This document shows positions 8,222-16,584 of a stretch of DNA of 64,000 nt, in pieces (the stretch's first letter is position 1; each line of letters opens with the position of its first letter). The translations under genes and the position numbers were made by a program. Below the pieces are notes generated by a model. That model did not search any database and was not told where the DNA came from. It worked only from the letters and a program-made list of their open reading frames with translations. The DNA is from Candidatus Nomurabacteria bacterium (GTDB lineage: Bacteria > Patescibacteriota > Minisyncoccia > Phycocordibacterales > SBAW01): positions 277,953-341,952 of the forward strand of contig CALQZS010000001.1 of the NCBI GenBank assembly GCA_943349945.1, written 5' to 3'.

Positions 8222-10402
8222 CTACTGTCCAGTTTGTGGACCGCCCGGTGGGTAGGGTGAGGTTGGCACTACACCACCGCGTGATTGCATCCAGGATTGC
8301 ACAGGAGCATCCCAAAAAACAAATTGTGGGTCTTGTGCCGGATTGGATGGTACAGCTCCTAGCGGGTCATTTTTGTCGACCCAGTAGAGTATTTCGTGCA
8401 CCTTGCCGTCATCTCCTTGTGTTTGCCACATGCCACGTATTGCAGGTTTACCGCTTTGGTTTGGATCTTCGCTGCGCGTAAACGCACTTGCAGGCTGTTT
8501 GCCTAGTGCGTACTGCATCACATCGTGCCACATAGGGCCCACAATAAGGCCCGAAACTTTTTTAACCATAGAGGAATTGTCGTTGTTGCCTGCCCAGATG
8601 CCCAAAACAAAGTTGGGGGTATACCCAATGGTCCATGCGTCGCGGTAGTCGTTGGTGGTACCGGTTTTGACCGCTACGTCATAGCCAGGGAACTGCAAAG
8701 CGGAGTTTGCCCCAAGTGGTGCGCGGGCAACAGAGTCTGACAACACATCATTTATCTTTTCTGCTACTGAAGGTGTGAGTATCTGTGTGCCTATAGGTTG
8801 AGTATTGTCTTCGATAATAGTGCCCGCACGGTCTTTAACCTGCAGCACGGGGGTTGGTTGGTAGCGAGTGCCTCCATTGGCAAACACGCCGTATGCGCTG
8901 GTCATATCGAGCAAGGTTACCTCACCACCTCCAAGTACTAGGGTAAGGCCATAGCGGTCGGCGCTACCAAGTGTGGAGATGCCCATAGATTTTGCCAAGC
9001 GAAGAGTGTCGTTTATGCCTGCAAGATAGAGCACTTTGACTGCAGGGATGTTTATGGACTGTGCAAGCGCGTCGCGTAGCGTCATCGGCCCGCGGAAGAT
9101 ATTATCGTAGTTTACCGGAGAGTAACACCCCTCGGTGTCGCCATAGTCGTATGGAGAACAGTTGGTAGAAAATTGCGTCTCTAGGTCAAACAAAACAGTA
9201 TCGGGTTGGTAGCCTTTTTCAAACGCTTTTGCATAGGCAAAGGGCTTAAATGCAGACCCAGGTTGGCGTGTGGCGAGCGCGATGTTGAAGTTGCCATCTA
9301 TTTCGGTGTCAAAATAGTCGCGCGACCCAACCATCATAAGTATCTGGCCGTTGTTTGGGTCTATTGCCACCATGCCCGTGTTCGAAGCGTTGAAGCTTGT
9401 TTGGTTGCTCTGTGCTTTTGCCTGTACCACTCCTTCTGCGTGTACCTGTAGGTCGGCGTCGAGTGTGGTGATGACACTCCAGCCGCCACGCTCAAGCGCA
9501 TCTTCGCCGTACTTGTCCTCCAAATACTGCTGCACATAGAACACAAAGTGAGGGGCTTGGATGGATGATGCACGCGGCACCACAAAGTGCACCCCTGTAG
9601 CCTTCGCTGTTTCCATTTGTTCTTTGGTGATGTAGCCGTGCTCGTGCATTTTGTCGAGCACTAGGTTTTTGCGCTTATCCAAAGCATCTTTGTGGTTGCC
9701 GTACGGCGAGTAATAGGTCGGTGCGGGCATAACTGCGGCTAGGTAGGCTGCCTCGGGCAGGGTAACCTCGCTTGCATGTTTGCCAAAGAAAGTCTCGCTT
9801 GCTTGCTCGGCGCCGTACACGCTGCCTCCGTAGGGGATTTGATTTAAATACAGACCCAAAATCTGCTCCTTGCTGAGCACACGCTCTAGCTTTATAGACA
9901 ATACCCATTCTTTAAGTTTGCGGGATATGGTTTTTTCGGTAGTCAGAATGGACCCTTTAACCACCTGCTGCGTTATGGTGGAGCCGCCTTGGGTTAGACC
10001 TGTGCCGGTCAAAATAACCTGTATGTCTGCCAATATAGCGCGCACAATAGCCGTTGGTTGGATACCTTTGTGCTGGTAAAACCCTGGGTCTTCTATGGCC
10101 AAAGTTGCCTGTTTTATGTAAGGAGATATTTCGTCGAGCGACACAATGGTGCGACGCTCGTTTTTGTTGAGGTCATACAAAAGTGTGGTGCCGGTGCGGT
10201 CGTATATTTTGACCGACTGCTCTATCCGGCGCGTCTCTATAGACGACAAGTCGGGGACTTGCAGGGTTGCTGCCCACAGAAAGAATCCGCCAACCGCCAA
10301 AAGAGAAAAACTGACGCCCCACACCAAAAGCCCAAACCAGTGACGACGGATAAAACGACCAACACTGCGGGCGACCGTAAGGAGTTTTGCCATAAAGGCC
10401 AT
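8222..10402 (-). CDS. class A penicillin-binding protein (bifunctional glycosyltransferase/transpeptidase, PBP1A-like)
   Basis: N-terminal TM; GT51 motif '..AIEDPGFYQHKGI..'; transpeptidase SxxK 'SAFKPF' and 'KTGTT'. Confidence 0.8.
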   Translation of the reverse strand: MAFMAKLLTVARSVGRFIRRHWFGLLVWGVSFSLLAVGGFFLWAATLQVPDLSSIETRRIEQSVKIYDRTGTTLLYDLNKNERRTIVSLDEISPYIKQATLAIEDPGFYQHKGIQPTAIVRAILADIQVILTGTGLTQGGSTITQQVVKGSILTTEKTISRKLKEWVLSIKLERVLSKEQILGLYLNQIPYGGSVYGAEQASETFFGKHASEVTLPEAAYLAAVMPAPTYYSPYGNHKDALDKRKNLVLDKMHEHGYITKEQMETAKATGVHFVVPRASSIQAPHFVFYVQQYLEDKYGEDALERGGWSVITTLDADLQVHAEGVVQAKAQSNQTSFNASNTGMVAIDPNNGQILMMVGSRDYFDTEIDGNFNIALATRQPGSAFKPFAYAKAFEKGYQPDTVLFDLETQFSTNCSPYDYGDTEGCYSPVNYDNIFRGPMTLRDALAQSINIPAVKVLYLAGINDTLRLAKSMGISTLGSADRYGLTLVLGGGEVTLLDMTSAYGVFANGGTRYQPTPVLQVKDRAGTIIEDNTQPIGTQILTPSVAEKINDVLSDSVARAPLGANSALQFPGYDVAVKTGTTNDYRDAWTIGYTPNFVLGIWAGNNDNSSMVKKVSGLIVGPMWHDVMQYALGKQPASAFTRSEDPNQSGKPAIRGMWQTQGDDGKVHEILYWVDKNDPLGAVPSNPAQDPQFVFWDAPVQSWMQSRGGVVPTSPYPPGGPQTGQ

Positions 10403-10461
10403 TTTACCACACCGCCACAACATTTCTACTGCCATGGCTAGTGTGGTAGAGTGTTGCGTAT

Positions 10462-11664
10462 ATGGGGATTTTTTCTCGCGCAGTAAAACAAAAAGTTTCT
10501 ACAGACAAAGAAACTGTCGAGGCGCTTATGGGGCAGGGCGTCGAGAATGTTATTCCAAAAGACCTAGCACTTAAAAAGCTGGGTAGTGGGGAGCGGCTGC
10601 GCATTTACTGGGGCATAGACCCAACCGGCGCGCGTATCCACCTGGGTCATGCAGTGCCGCTGCGCAAACTTAAACGTTTTACCGAAGCGGGGCACCAGGT
10701 AATTTTTTTGGTGGGGAGTTTTACCGCAATGATAGGCGACCCAACGGACCGCGACGCCGCACGAGCGCCGCTTACCAAGCGCGAGGTGGAGGAAAACTTT
10801 CAAACCTACAAAAAACAGGCAGAAAAAATACTCGACTTTTCTAAAGTAGAGGTGCGTTACAACCACGAGTGGCTCGAGCCTCTCGACTTTTCAAAAATTG
10901 TAGAGCTGGCAAGTAAATTTACCGTGCAGCAGATGCTCCAACGCGACATGTTCCAAAAGCGCATGAACGAGGGTAAGCCTATATCGCTGCACGAGTTTTT
11001 GTACCCATTAATGGTCGGCTACGATTCTGTGGTGCTTGATGTGGACTGCGAGCTGGGCGGCTCAGACCAGGAGTTTAATATGCTCGCCGGCCGACACTTG
11101 CAACAAGTGTTTGGTAAGCGCGAAAAGTTTGTGATGACTACGAAGCTCATCGAAGGTCTCGACGGCCGAAAAATGAGTAAGTCGTACGGCAACTGCGTAT
11201 ACCTAGACGATGCGGCGGGGGATATGTACGGCAAGGTTATGTCGCTTAAAGACGAATTGGTGCGCACCTATTTTGAAATAGCGACGGATGTGTCGGCAAA
11301 AGAAATAGAGCAAGTGCTCGCCGGCCACCCCAAAGAGGCTAAGATGCGCTTGGCGCGAGAAATTGTTTCTATGTACCACTCCAAAGAAGCTGCAGAGGCG
11401 GCAGAAAAAAGCTTTACCGCAACCTTTAGCGAGGGGGGAGTGCCTGATGATGTTCCGGAAGTTACGGTTGTAAGAGAAACAACCTACCTAGAGGCGCTCG
11501 AGAGTCTGGGTGAGTCTAAAAGTGAACTGCGCCGCTTAGCTGAAGCGGGTGCCATACGCATTGTGGGCGGCGAAGTGGTTAAAGACATTACAAAACCTGT
11601 AGCTGCTACCCAGACTCTGCGTATAGGCAAACACCGCTTCCTTAAAGTAACTGTCAAAGAATAA
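10462..11664 (+). CDS. tyrS: tyrosyl-tRNA synthetase
   Basis: Class I 'HLGH' ('RIHLGHAVPL') and 'KMSKS' motifs, 'GIDPTG' TyrRS signature, C-terminal S4-like domain. Confidence 0.85.
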   Translation: MGIFSRAVKQKVSTDKETVEALMGQGVENVIPKDLALKKLGSGERLRIYWGIDPTGARIHLGHAVPLRKLKRFTEAGHQVIFLVGSFTAMIGDPTDRDAARAPLTKREVEENFQTYKKQAEKILDFSKVEVRYNHEWLEPLDFSKIVELASKFTVQQMLQRDMFQKRMNEGKPISLHEFLYPLMVGYDSVVLDVDCELGGSDQEFNMLAGRHLQQVFGKREKFVMTTKLIEGLDGRKMSKSYGNCVYLDDAAGDMYGKVMSLKDELVRTYFEIATDVSAKEIEQVLAGHPKEAKMRLAREIVSMYHSKEAAEAAEKSFTATFSEGGVPDDVPEVTVVRETTYLEALESLGESKSELRRLAEAGAIRIVGGEVVKDITKPVAATQTLRIGKHRFLKVTVKE

Positions 11665-11701
11665 AAAACACCCTGGCTACAAATGCCAGGGTGTTTTTTA
11701 T
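11664..11701. terminator. bidirectional rho-independent terminator between tyrS (+) and the acidic ORF (-)
   Basis: Hairpin 'acaccctggc-tacaaat-gccagggtgt' flanked by A-run and T-run. Confidence 0.6.
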
Positions 11702-11707
11702 GATGCG

Positions 11708-11977
11708 CTAGAGATCCGCGTCATCATCATCCTCTTCGTCCTCCGCGTCGTCCTTCTCTTCTTCGGCGTCGTCGCCGAGTTCGGTGTCCTCTACTTCCTC
11801 ATCGAGCATAAACTCATCGGGTGCAAACTCGTCGTGCATATAACGTACGTTTCTATCCTGATAATTTTTTAATACCTCGTAACTTAAGTGTTGTACCAAA
11901 CCACAAATTCTTTGCAAGTATTTTGCAAGAATCCTGTGGATAAGAGCTATTTTATCGGCCAGGGCGTACCGACGCAA
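11708..11977 (-). CDS. hypothetical small protein with an extremely acidic C-terminal tail
   Basis: 89-aa ORF ending '..DEEVEDTELGDDAEEEKDDAEDEEDDDDADL'; overlaps the 3' end of ruvC by ~26 nt; no recognised motif. Confidence 0.35.
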   Translation of the reverse strand: MRRYALADKIALIHRILAKYLQRICGLVQHLSYEVLKNYQDRNVRYMHDEFAPDEFMLDEEVEDTELGDDAEEEKDDAEDEEDDDDADL

Positions 11978-12503
11978 GGCAGGTAAGACCCACGGCTATT
12001 GCGTCCATTTCGTCATCCAACGCTCGTTTACCCGAGGGGAGCGTCTGTAACCCTAGGAGCCGCAGCACCATCATAGAAACAGCGGATTTGTTGCTCTGTC
12101 CGTAGCCCGTAATGGCCACTTTTACTTGCAGCGGTGTGTATTCGTAGACAGGTAGATTGTTTTTTGAGGCAAGATACAGCAGTACGCCACGCACCGCGGC
12201 AACATTCATAGCTGTTTTTGCATTTTTTTCGAAATAGAGACTCTCTGTGGCTGCCATGGTTGGCTGCCACTGCGCAAGAAGTGCTTCGACGGCGCTACCA
12301 AGCTGGTGCAGGCGCTCTGCAAACTCCAACTTTGCGCTGGTTTGTATGCAGGTTGAGTGCAATAAAACTTCTTTACCGCCCTGTTTTTCTACGACCGCTA
12401 CCCCTAGGCGCTCAAACCCCGGATCAAAAGCCAACACCCGCAGAGTAGATAACGAAGGACAGTCCTTCGCGAAGGACTGTCCTTCGTTTGGTTTATTCTG
12501 CAT
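11952..12503 (-). CDS. ruvC: crossover junction endodeoxyribonuclease RuvC (start uncertain; the ORF-track start at 12551 would make the intergenic palindrome coding)
   Basis: '..LRVLAFDPGFERLGVAVVE..' RuvC N-terminal catalytic motif (Asp); RNase H fold size. Confidence 0.75.
   Translation of the reverse strand: MQNKPNEGQSFAKDCPSLSTLRVLAFDPGFERLGVAVVEKQGGKEVLLHSTCIQTSAKLEFAERLHQLGSAVEALLAQWQPTMAATESLYFEKNAKTAMNVAAVRGVLLYLASKNNLPVYEYTPLQVKVAITGYGQSNKSAVSMMVLRLLGLQTLPSGKRALDDEMDAIAVGLTCLASVRPGR
12451..12488. repeat. 38-bp perfect palindrome, copy 1 of 2; core CGAAGGACAGTCCTTCGCGAAGGACTGTCCTTCG
   Basis: Checked base by base: the sequence equals its own reverse complement. Lies between the yebC stop (12493) and the likely ruvC start. 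The second copy is at 51403-51442. Confidence 0.85.
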
Positions 12504-13020
12504 TGGTGTATACCTCGTTGACGTCGTCGTGGTCTTCGAGCTGGTCAACAACCTCAGAAAGTTTTTCCAAATCTTCGTCGGACAAGTCGACGGTGGTGGT
12601 GGCGACTAGGCCTTGTTCGCCTTTGGTAAATGCCCATAGTGCCGCCCCTTGGGTAGCAAGCTCGATATCGTTTTTGCTGAGGAGATGTTTAATTTCTTGT
12701 ACAGTGCGGTTACGGTTGTCTGTGTAGGCTTCGATGATAATAGCCACACCTCCAGGGCCATAGGCTTCGTACGTTACGGGCTCAAGCTCGGCTGCGCTAG
12801 ACGAGGCTTTGTCTATGGCGCGGTCGATATTGTCGGCGGGCATGTTTTCTGCTCGAGCTTTGTCTATCGCAAGACGCAGTCCTGGCGAATTTCTATCACC
12901 TTTGGCTTTTTTAGCCTCGACGGTGATGTAGCGCACCATTTTAGAAAAGACCTTACTCTTTTTGGCATCCGTCGCCGCCTTTTTGTGTTTAATTTTGCTC
13001 CACTTGCTGTGTCCTGACAT
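12493..13020 (-). CDS. yebC: YebC/PmpR-family probable transcriptional regulator (short, 175 aa)
   Basis: N-terminal 'MSGHSKWSKIKHKKA..' YebC signature; sits between ruvC and ruvB as in many bacteria. Confidence 0.8.
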   Translation of the reverse strand: MSGHSKWSKIKHKKAATDAKKSKVFSKMVRYITVEAKKAKGDRNSPGLRLAIDKARAENMPADNIDRAIDKASSSAAELEPVTYEAYGPGGVAIIIEAYTDNRNRTVQEIKHLLSKNDIELATQGAALWAFTKGEQGLVATTTVDLSDEDLEKLSEVVDQLEDHDDVNEVYTNAE

Positions 13021-13058
13021 ACCAACAATATACCTGGCCTTAAGAAAAAATAAAAAGT

Positions 13059-14102
13059 CTACAAAAGCCGCTCGTGTAGGTCGGCCGGGGCATTTTTGCC
13101 CACGTGTTCATATGCGGCTTTTGTGGCCACGCGGCCGCGCGGGGTGCGCTCGATAAGGCCCAACTGTAAAAGAAAAGGTTCATGCACTTCCGACAGTGTG
13201 TTTGGTTCCTCTGCCAGGGCAGCAGCCAAGGCACCCACGCCTGCGGGGCCGCCCCCAAACCGCTCTATAAGCACGGTAAGGAGTTTGCGGTCGAGCGGGG
13301 TGAGGCCCAGTGCATCTACTTCGAGCATACCAAGCGACTCGTCGACTATTTGTTTAGACAGGGGAGCGCGTTTGAGTTGTGCGTAGTCTCGAGCGCGTTT
13401 GAGTAGATAGTTGGCGGTGCGTGGTGTCGAGCGGCTGCGCTTAGCAATCTCTCGTACACCACCTTCCTCTACTTCGACGCCCAATATTTTTGCCGACCGG
13501 CTGACTATGTTTGCAATATCATCTTCAGAATAAAACTCCAAGCGGTACACGCCGCCAGAAAACCGCGACCGCAGCGGCGCAGAGAGGTCGGCTACGCGCG
13601 TTGTTGCTGCGATGAGTGTAAAAGGGGGTAGGGGCAGCTCGAGTGTGCGCGCCGAAGGACCTTTACCTATGATGATATTGAGCGCACCCGACTCCATAGC
13701 AGGGTAGAGTACCTCTTCAATAGAGCGAGAGAGACGGTGTATCTCGTCGATAAATAAAATGTCACCGGGCTGCAGGTTGGTCAGCAAGGCTGCCAAGTCT
13801 CCCACGCGCTCTATGGCCGGGCCAGAAGTGGAGCGGAGTGCCCCGCCAAGTTCGCGGGCTATTAAGTGGGCGAGGGTGGTTTTGCCGAGGCCTGGCGGCC
13901 CGTAGAAAAGGATATGCTCGGGCGGGTTTTGTCGCTCGCGCGCGGCCGCAAGCAAAATATGCAAATTGTTTTTTATGGCCTCTTGGCCAACATACTCGTC
14001 CCATGATGCCGGGCGTAGTGTTTGGTCGAGTGCGGCAGCGACGCCAGAGTGTGCTGGGGGAGTGGTATCTTCCTCTTCTTTTTTAGACAATATGCTTGAC
14101 AT
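13059..14102 (-). CDS. ruvB: Holliday junction branch-migration ATPase RuvB
   Basis: Walker A '[15 protein letters not shown]', AAA+ RuvB architecture. Confidence 0.9.
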   Translation of the reverse strand: MSSILSKKEEEDTTPPAHSGVAAALDQTLRPASWDEYVGQEAIKNNLHILLAAARERQNPPEHILFYGPPGLGKTTLAHLIARELGGALRSTSGPAIERVGDLAALLTNLQPGDILFIDEIHRLSRSIEEVLYPAMESGALNIIIGKGPSARTLELPLPPFTLIAATTRVADLSAPLRSRFSGGVYRLEFYSEDDIANIVSRSAKILGVEVEEGGVREIAKRSRSTPRTANYLLKRARDYAQLKRAPLSKQIVDESLGMLEVDALGLTPLDRKLLTVLIERFGGGPAGVGALAAALAEEPNTLSEVHEPFLLQLGLIERTPRGRVATKAAYEHVGKNAPADLHERLL

Positions 14103-14170
14103 AAAATCAATAGTATGCTAACCTTAACTTTAGGTCTTTTTGTATACACCTATAGCTCGAGCGTGCGTAT

Positions 14171-14310
14171 CTCTAAGTAATATGACCTTCCGGGGTTTTG
14201 GAGCCATCACAAGGACACTTTGGTAACAATCTTTATGATTGTTGCGAGGGTTATCCTCAGAGACGGTTATCCGCTTTTTGACTGGTTCAAAAAGAATATT
14301 ACTTAGAGGT
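14171..14310. repeat. ~140-bp element bounded by 13-bp perfect inverted repeats (tctaagtaatat...atattacttaga); candidate MITE or structured RNA/regulatory region upstream of ruvB
   Basis: 'ctctaagtaatat' at 14170-14182 and its exact reverse complement 'atattacttagag' at 14297-14309. The interior contains two DnaA-box-like 'ggttatcc' motifs and a local hairpin 'aacaatc..gattgtt'. Confidence 0.4.
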
Positions 14311-14413
14311 ACGCGCTCTCGATTTTTCTGCTCTAACCCCCTTTACTGTACCCTTGCCCGAGCCCCTCAGCAACGTTGACCGGGCTTATTTTTGTGTCTG
14401 GGTGCCAAGTGCT

Positions 14414-16111
14414 TTAGTTTGCGGTTAGGTCGACCACGCGCTGTAGTTCCTCGAGCGAGGTGATGCCGCGCAATATTTTAATAATGCCGTCCTCTTGCAT
14501 GTTTGGGGTGCCTTGTTCGCGCGCAACGAGGGCGATTTCTCGCTCGCTGGGTTTGCTACGCAACACTTCTTCTATTTTGCGATCCATAAATATTGCCTCG
14601 AAGATGCCCACACGCCCCTTGTATCCGCGGCCATGACACTTTTCGCACCCTTGTGGCGCGGGATCGTACACGGTGTTTGTTTGTGGCGGCACCAATGAGC
14701 GGTCGACGATGCTGGCTACGTAGCGGTCAATAAGAGTCTGCTCTTCTGGAGTTGCGGGGCGCTGTTTGCGGCAGCTGATGCAGAGTTTGCGCACCAAGCG
14801 TTGTGCCATAGCCACGTTTATAGCGGAGCTGAGCACTTTTTCACTAACGCCCAGGTCTATAAGACGGGGGAAAGACCCCGCGGCGTCGTTGGTGTGCAGG
14901 GTAGAGAACACCAAGTGTCCGGTAAGTGCCGCGTTAATAGCCACCTCGGCCACCTCGGCGTCACGGATTTCTCCCACCATGATGATGTCTGGGTCTTGTC
15001 GCAAGGCAGAGCGCAGGCCTGCAGCAAACGTATAGTTCTTTTTATCTACCTGGGTCTGCACCAGCCCTTTGAGGTGGTATTCGATAGGGTCTTCTATGGT
15101 TATTATTTTGCTGCCCGGGCTGTTTATGGTGCGCATAAAAGCGTACAGGGTGGTGGTTTTGCCTGAGCCGGTAGGGCCGGTGGTCAAGATCATCCCTGTG
15201 GGCTTGAGTATCTCTTTTTCTATCCGGGCGCGGAGCGTAGGCTCAAGACCCAATTCTTCTAGTGCCACAGCTATAGCCTTTGGGTTGAGGATACGCAGCA
15301 CCAGCGTTTCGGCATAGTTGCCGGGCAACACCGAGGTACGCAGCTCTATCTCTTCTCCTTTTATTTTGATACTAAAGCGGCCATCTTGTGCATCGTCGGT
15401 TATGTTGAGCTTGAGTCCCGAGAGGAGTTTGAGACGCGACAGGGTAAGGCGATATGTTTCGTGGTCAAAGGTCAGCACGTCGACCAACACACCGTCGAGC
15501 CGGTAGCGCAGGCGCACCGCCGCTTCCTCTGGTTCGAAGTGGATGTCAGATGCTCCGGTGGAAAGGCCGCCGGCTAAAATAACTTCCAAAATGCGGGTGA
15601 TGCGGTACGTGCGCTTCATCTGTATTGCATCATGGATGAGTGCGCCTATGTCGGAGAGTCCTTTTACTTGCCCCAGCAGCTCTTCAAGCTCTGTGTCGGA
15701 GAGTTCAAACACACCGGCCTTGGTCTCTGTGGCATACGACAGGTCGGCATAGCGGTCGTAGGCGCGCTTGAGGCTTTCTTGCGACGCCATAAAAATAGTG
15801 ACCGCGAACCCACGGTCGGTAAGCTTGGCCACTATTGTTTTGACTTTAGGGTTTTCTGGTGCGCGTGCAGCAAGGCTGAGCCGTTTGCCTACTTGGCCAA
15901 ACACCGCAACCTCTGCCTCGCGAGCCTCGGCCTCAGTGAGGAGCCGCAGCGCGTCGGTGTTTATGGCCACCAGCGACAAGTCGACGTACTCGACGCCATA
16001 CTTGTAAGAAAGCATTTGCGCCAACTCTTCTTCCTCGCGTTTTTTTAAAAAGTCGATGCGCTTATTTTGTTCTGCATCTGCAAAAACTACCATGTATATA
16101 TTGTAACGCAC
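14414..16111 (-). CDS. pilB: type IV pilus assembly ATPase PilB (GspE family, full-length with N-terminal domains)
   Basis: Walker A 'GPTGSGKTTTLYA', Asp/His boxes, tetracysteine motif 'CISCRK..CEKCHGRGYKGRVGIFE'. Confidence 0.8.
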   Translation of the reverse strand: MRYNIYMVVFADAEQNKRIDFLKKREEEELAQMLSYKYGVEYVDLSLVAINTDALRLLTEAEAREAEVAVFGQVGKRLSLAARAPENPKVKTIVAKLTDRGFAVTIFMASQESLKRAYDRYADLSYATETKAGVFELSDTELEELLGQVKGLSDIGALIHDAIQMKRTYRITRILEVILAGGLSTGASDIHFEPEEAAVRLRYRLDGVLVDVLTFDHETYRLTLSRLKLLSGLKLNITDDAQDGRFSIKIKGEEIELRTSVLPGNYAETLVLRILNPKAIAVALEELGLEPTLRARIEKEILKPTGMILTTGPTGSGKTTTLYAFMRTINSPGSKIITIEDPIEYHLKGLVQTQVDKKNYTFAAGLRSALRQDPDIIMVGEIRDAEVAEVAINAALTGHLVFSTLHTNDAAGSFPRLIDLGVSEKVLSSAINVAMAQRLVRKLCISCRKQRPATPEEQTLIDRYVASIVDRSLVPPQTNTVYDPAPQGCEKCHGRGYKGRVGIFEAIFMDRKIEEVLRSKPSEREIALVAREQGTPNMQEDGIIKILRGITSLEELQRVVDLTAN

Positions 16112-16128
16112 TCTGGTACACTAGCGGT

Positions 16129-16584
16129 ATGCAAAAAGTGCGACTAGAGGACATGCAGGGGTTTGCGCGGCAGGTGCTTGAGCGTGTGGACTCAGCGCAA
16201 GGTGCTGCGTATGTCTTGGCACTACAAGGCGACTTGGGCGCCGGTAAAACTACCTTTACGCAAGCGCTCGCGAAAGAGCTCGGGGTGGAGGGTGCGGTAC
16301 AAAGCCCCACCTACGTTTTGATGAAATCATACTCAATAGCGTTTAAAGAGTTTACAAAGTTGGTGCACATCGACGCCTATCGGCTTGAAAAGCCAGAGGA
16401 GTTTGCGGCACTTAAACCTGCAAGCTTTCTGCAAGACCAAGAGGCGCTTGTGGTGGTGGAGTGGCCCGAGCGTGTGCAAGGGGAGCTCCCTAAACCAAAT
16501 TTGACCATACAATTTTCTGCCAACGACCCAGCGGACGTGGCAAGTGCTGCCAACGAGGAAGAGCGGTATATTGAGATAGTATGA
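16129..16584 (+). CDS. tsaE: tRNA threonylcarbamoyladenosine biosynthesis ATPase TsaE
   Basis: 'LQGDLGAGKTTFTQALAKELGV' P-loop typical of YjeE/TsaE, ~150 aa. Confidence 0.8.
   Translation: MQKVRLEDMQGFARQVLERVDSAQGAAYVLALQGDLGAGKTTFTQALAKELGVEGAVQSPTYVLMKSYSIAFKEFTKLVHIDAYRLEKPEEFAALKPASFLQDQEALVVVEWPERVQGELPKPNLTIQFSANDPADVASAANEEERYIEIV

Noticed and set aside
11952-12551. ORF-track ruvC start at 12551, which would make the 38-bp palindrome coding ('NEGQSFAKDCPS')
   Set aside because: The RuvC catalytic motif begins just downstream (LRVLAFDPG...). The palindrome recurs verbatim in a clearly intergenic context at 51403-51442. So the palindrome is treated as non-coding and the ruvC start as downstream of it, possibly a non-ATG start.
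14103-14413. Known ncRNA (6S RNA, SRP RNA, RNase P RNA, tmRNA) in the large pilB-ruvB gap
   Set aside because: I could not find the diagnostic conserved motifs of any of these by eye (RNase P 'GGAAAGUCCGG', SRP 'GGAAGCAGCC' domain IV, tmRNA tag reading frame). It is left as an unclassified inverted-repeat-bounded element.
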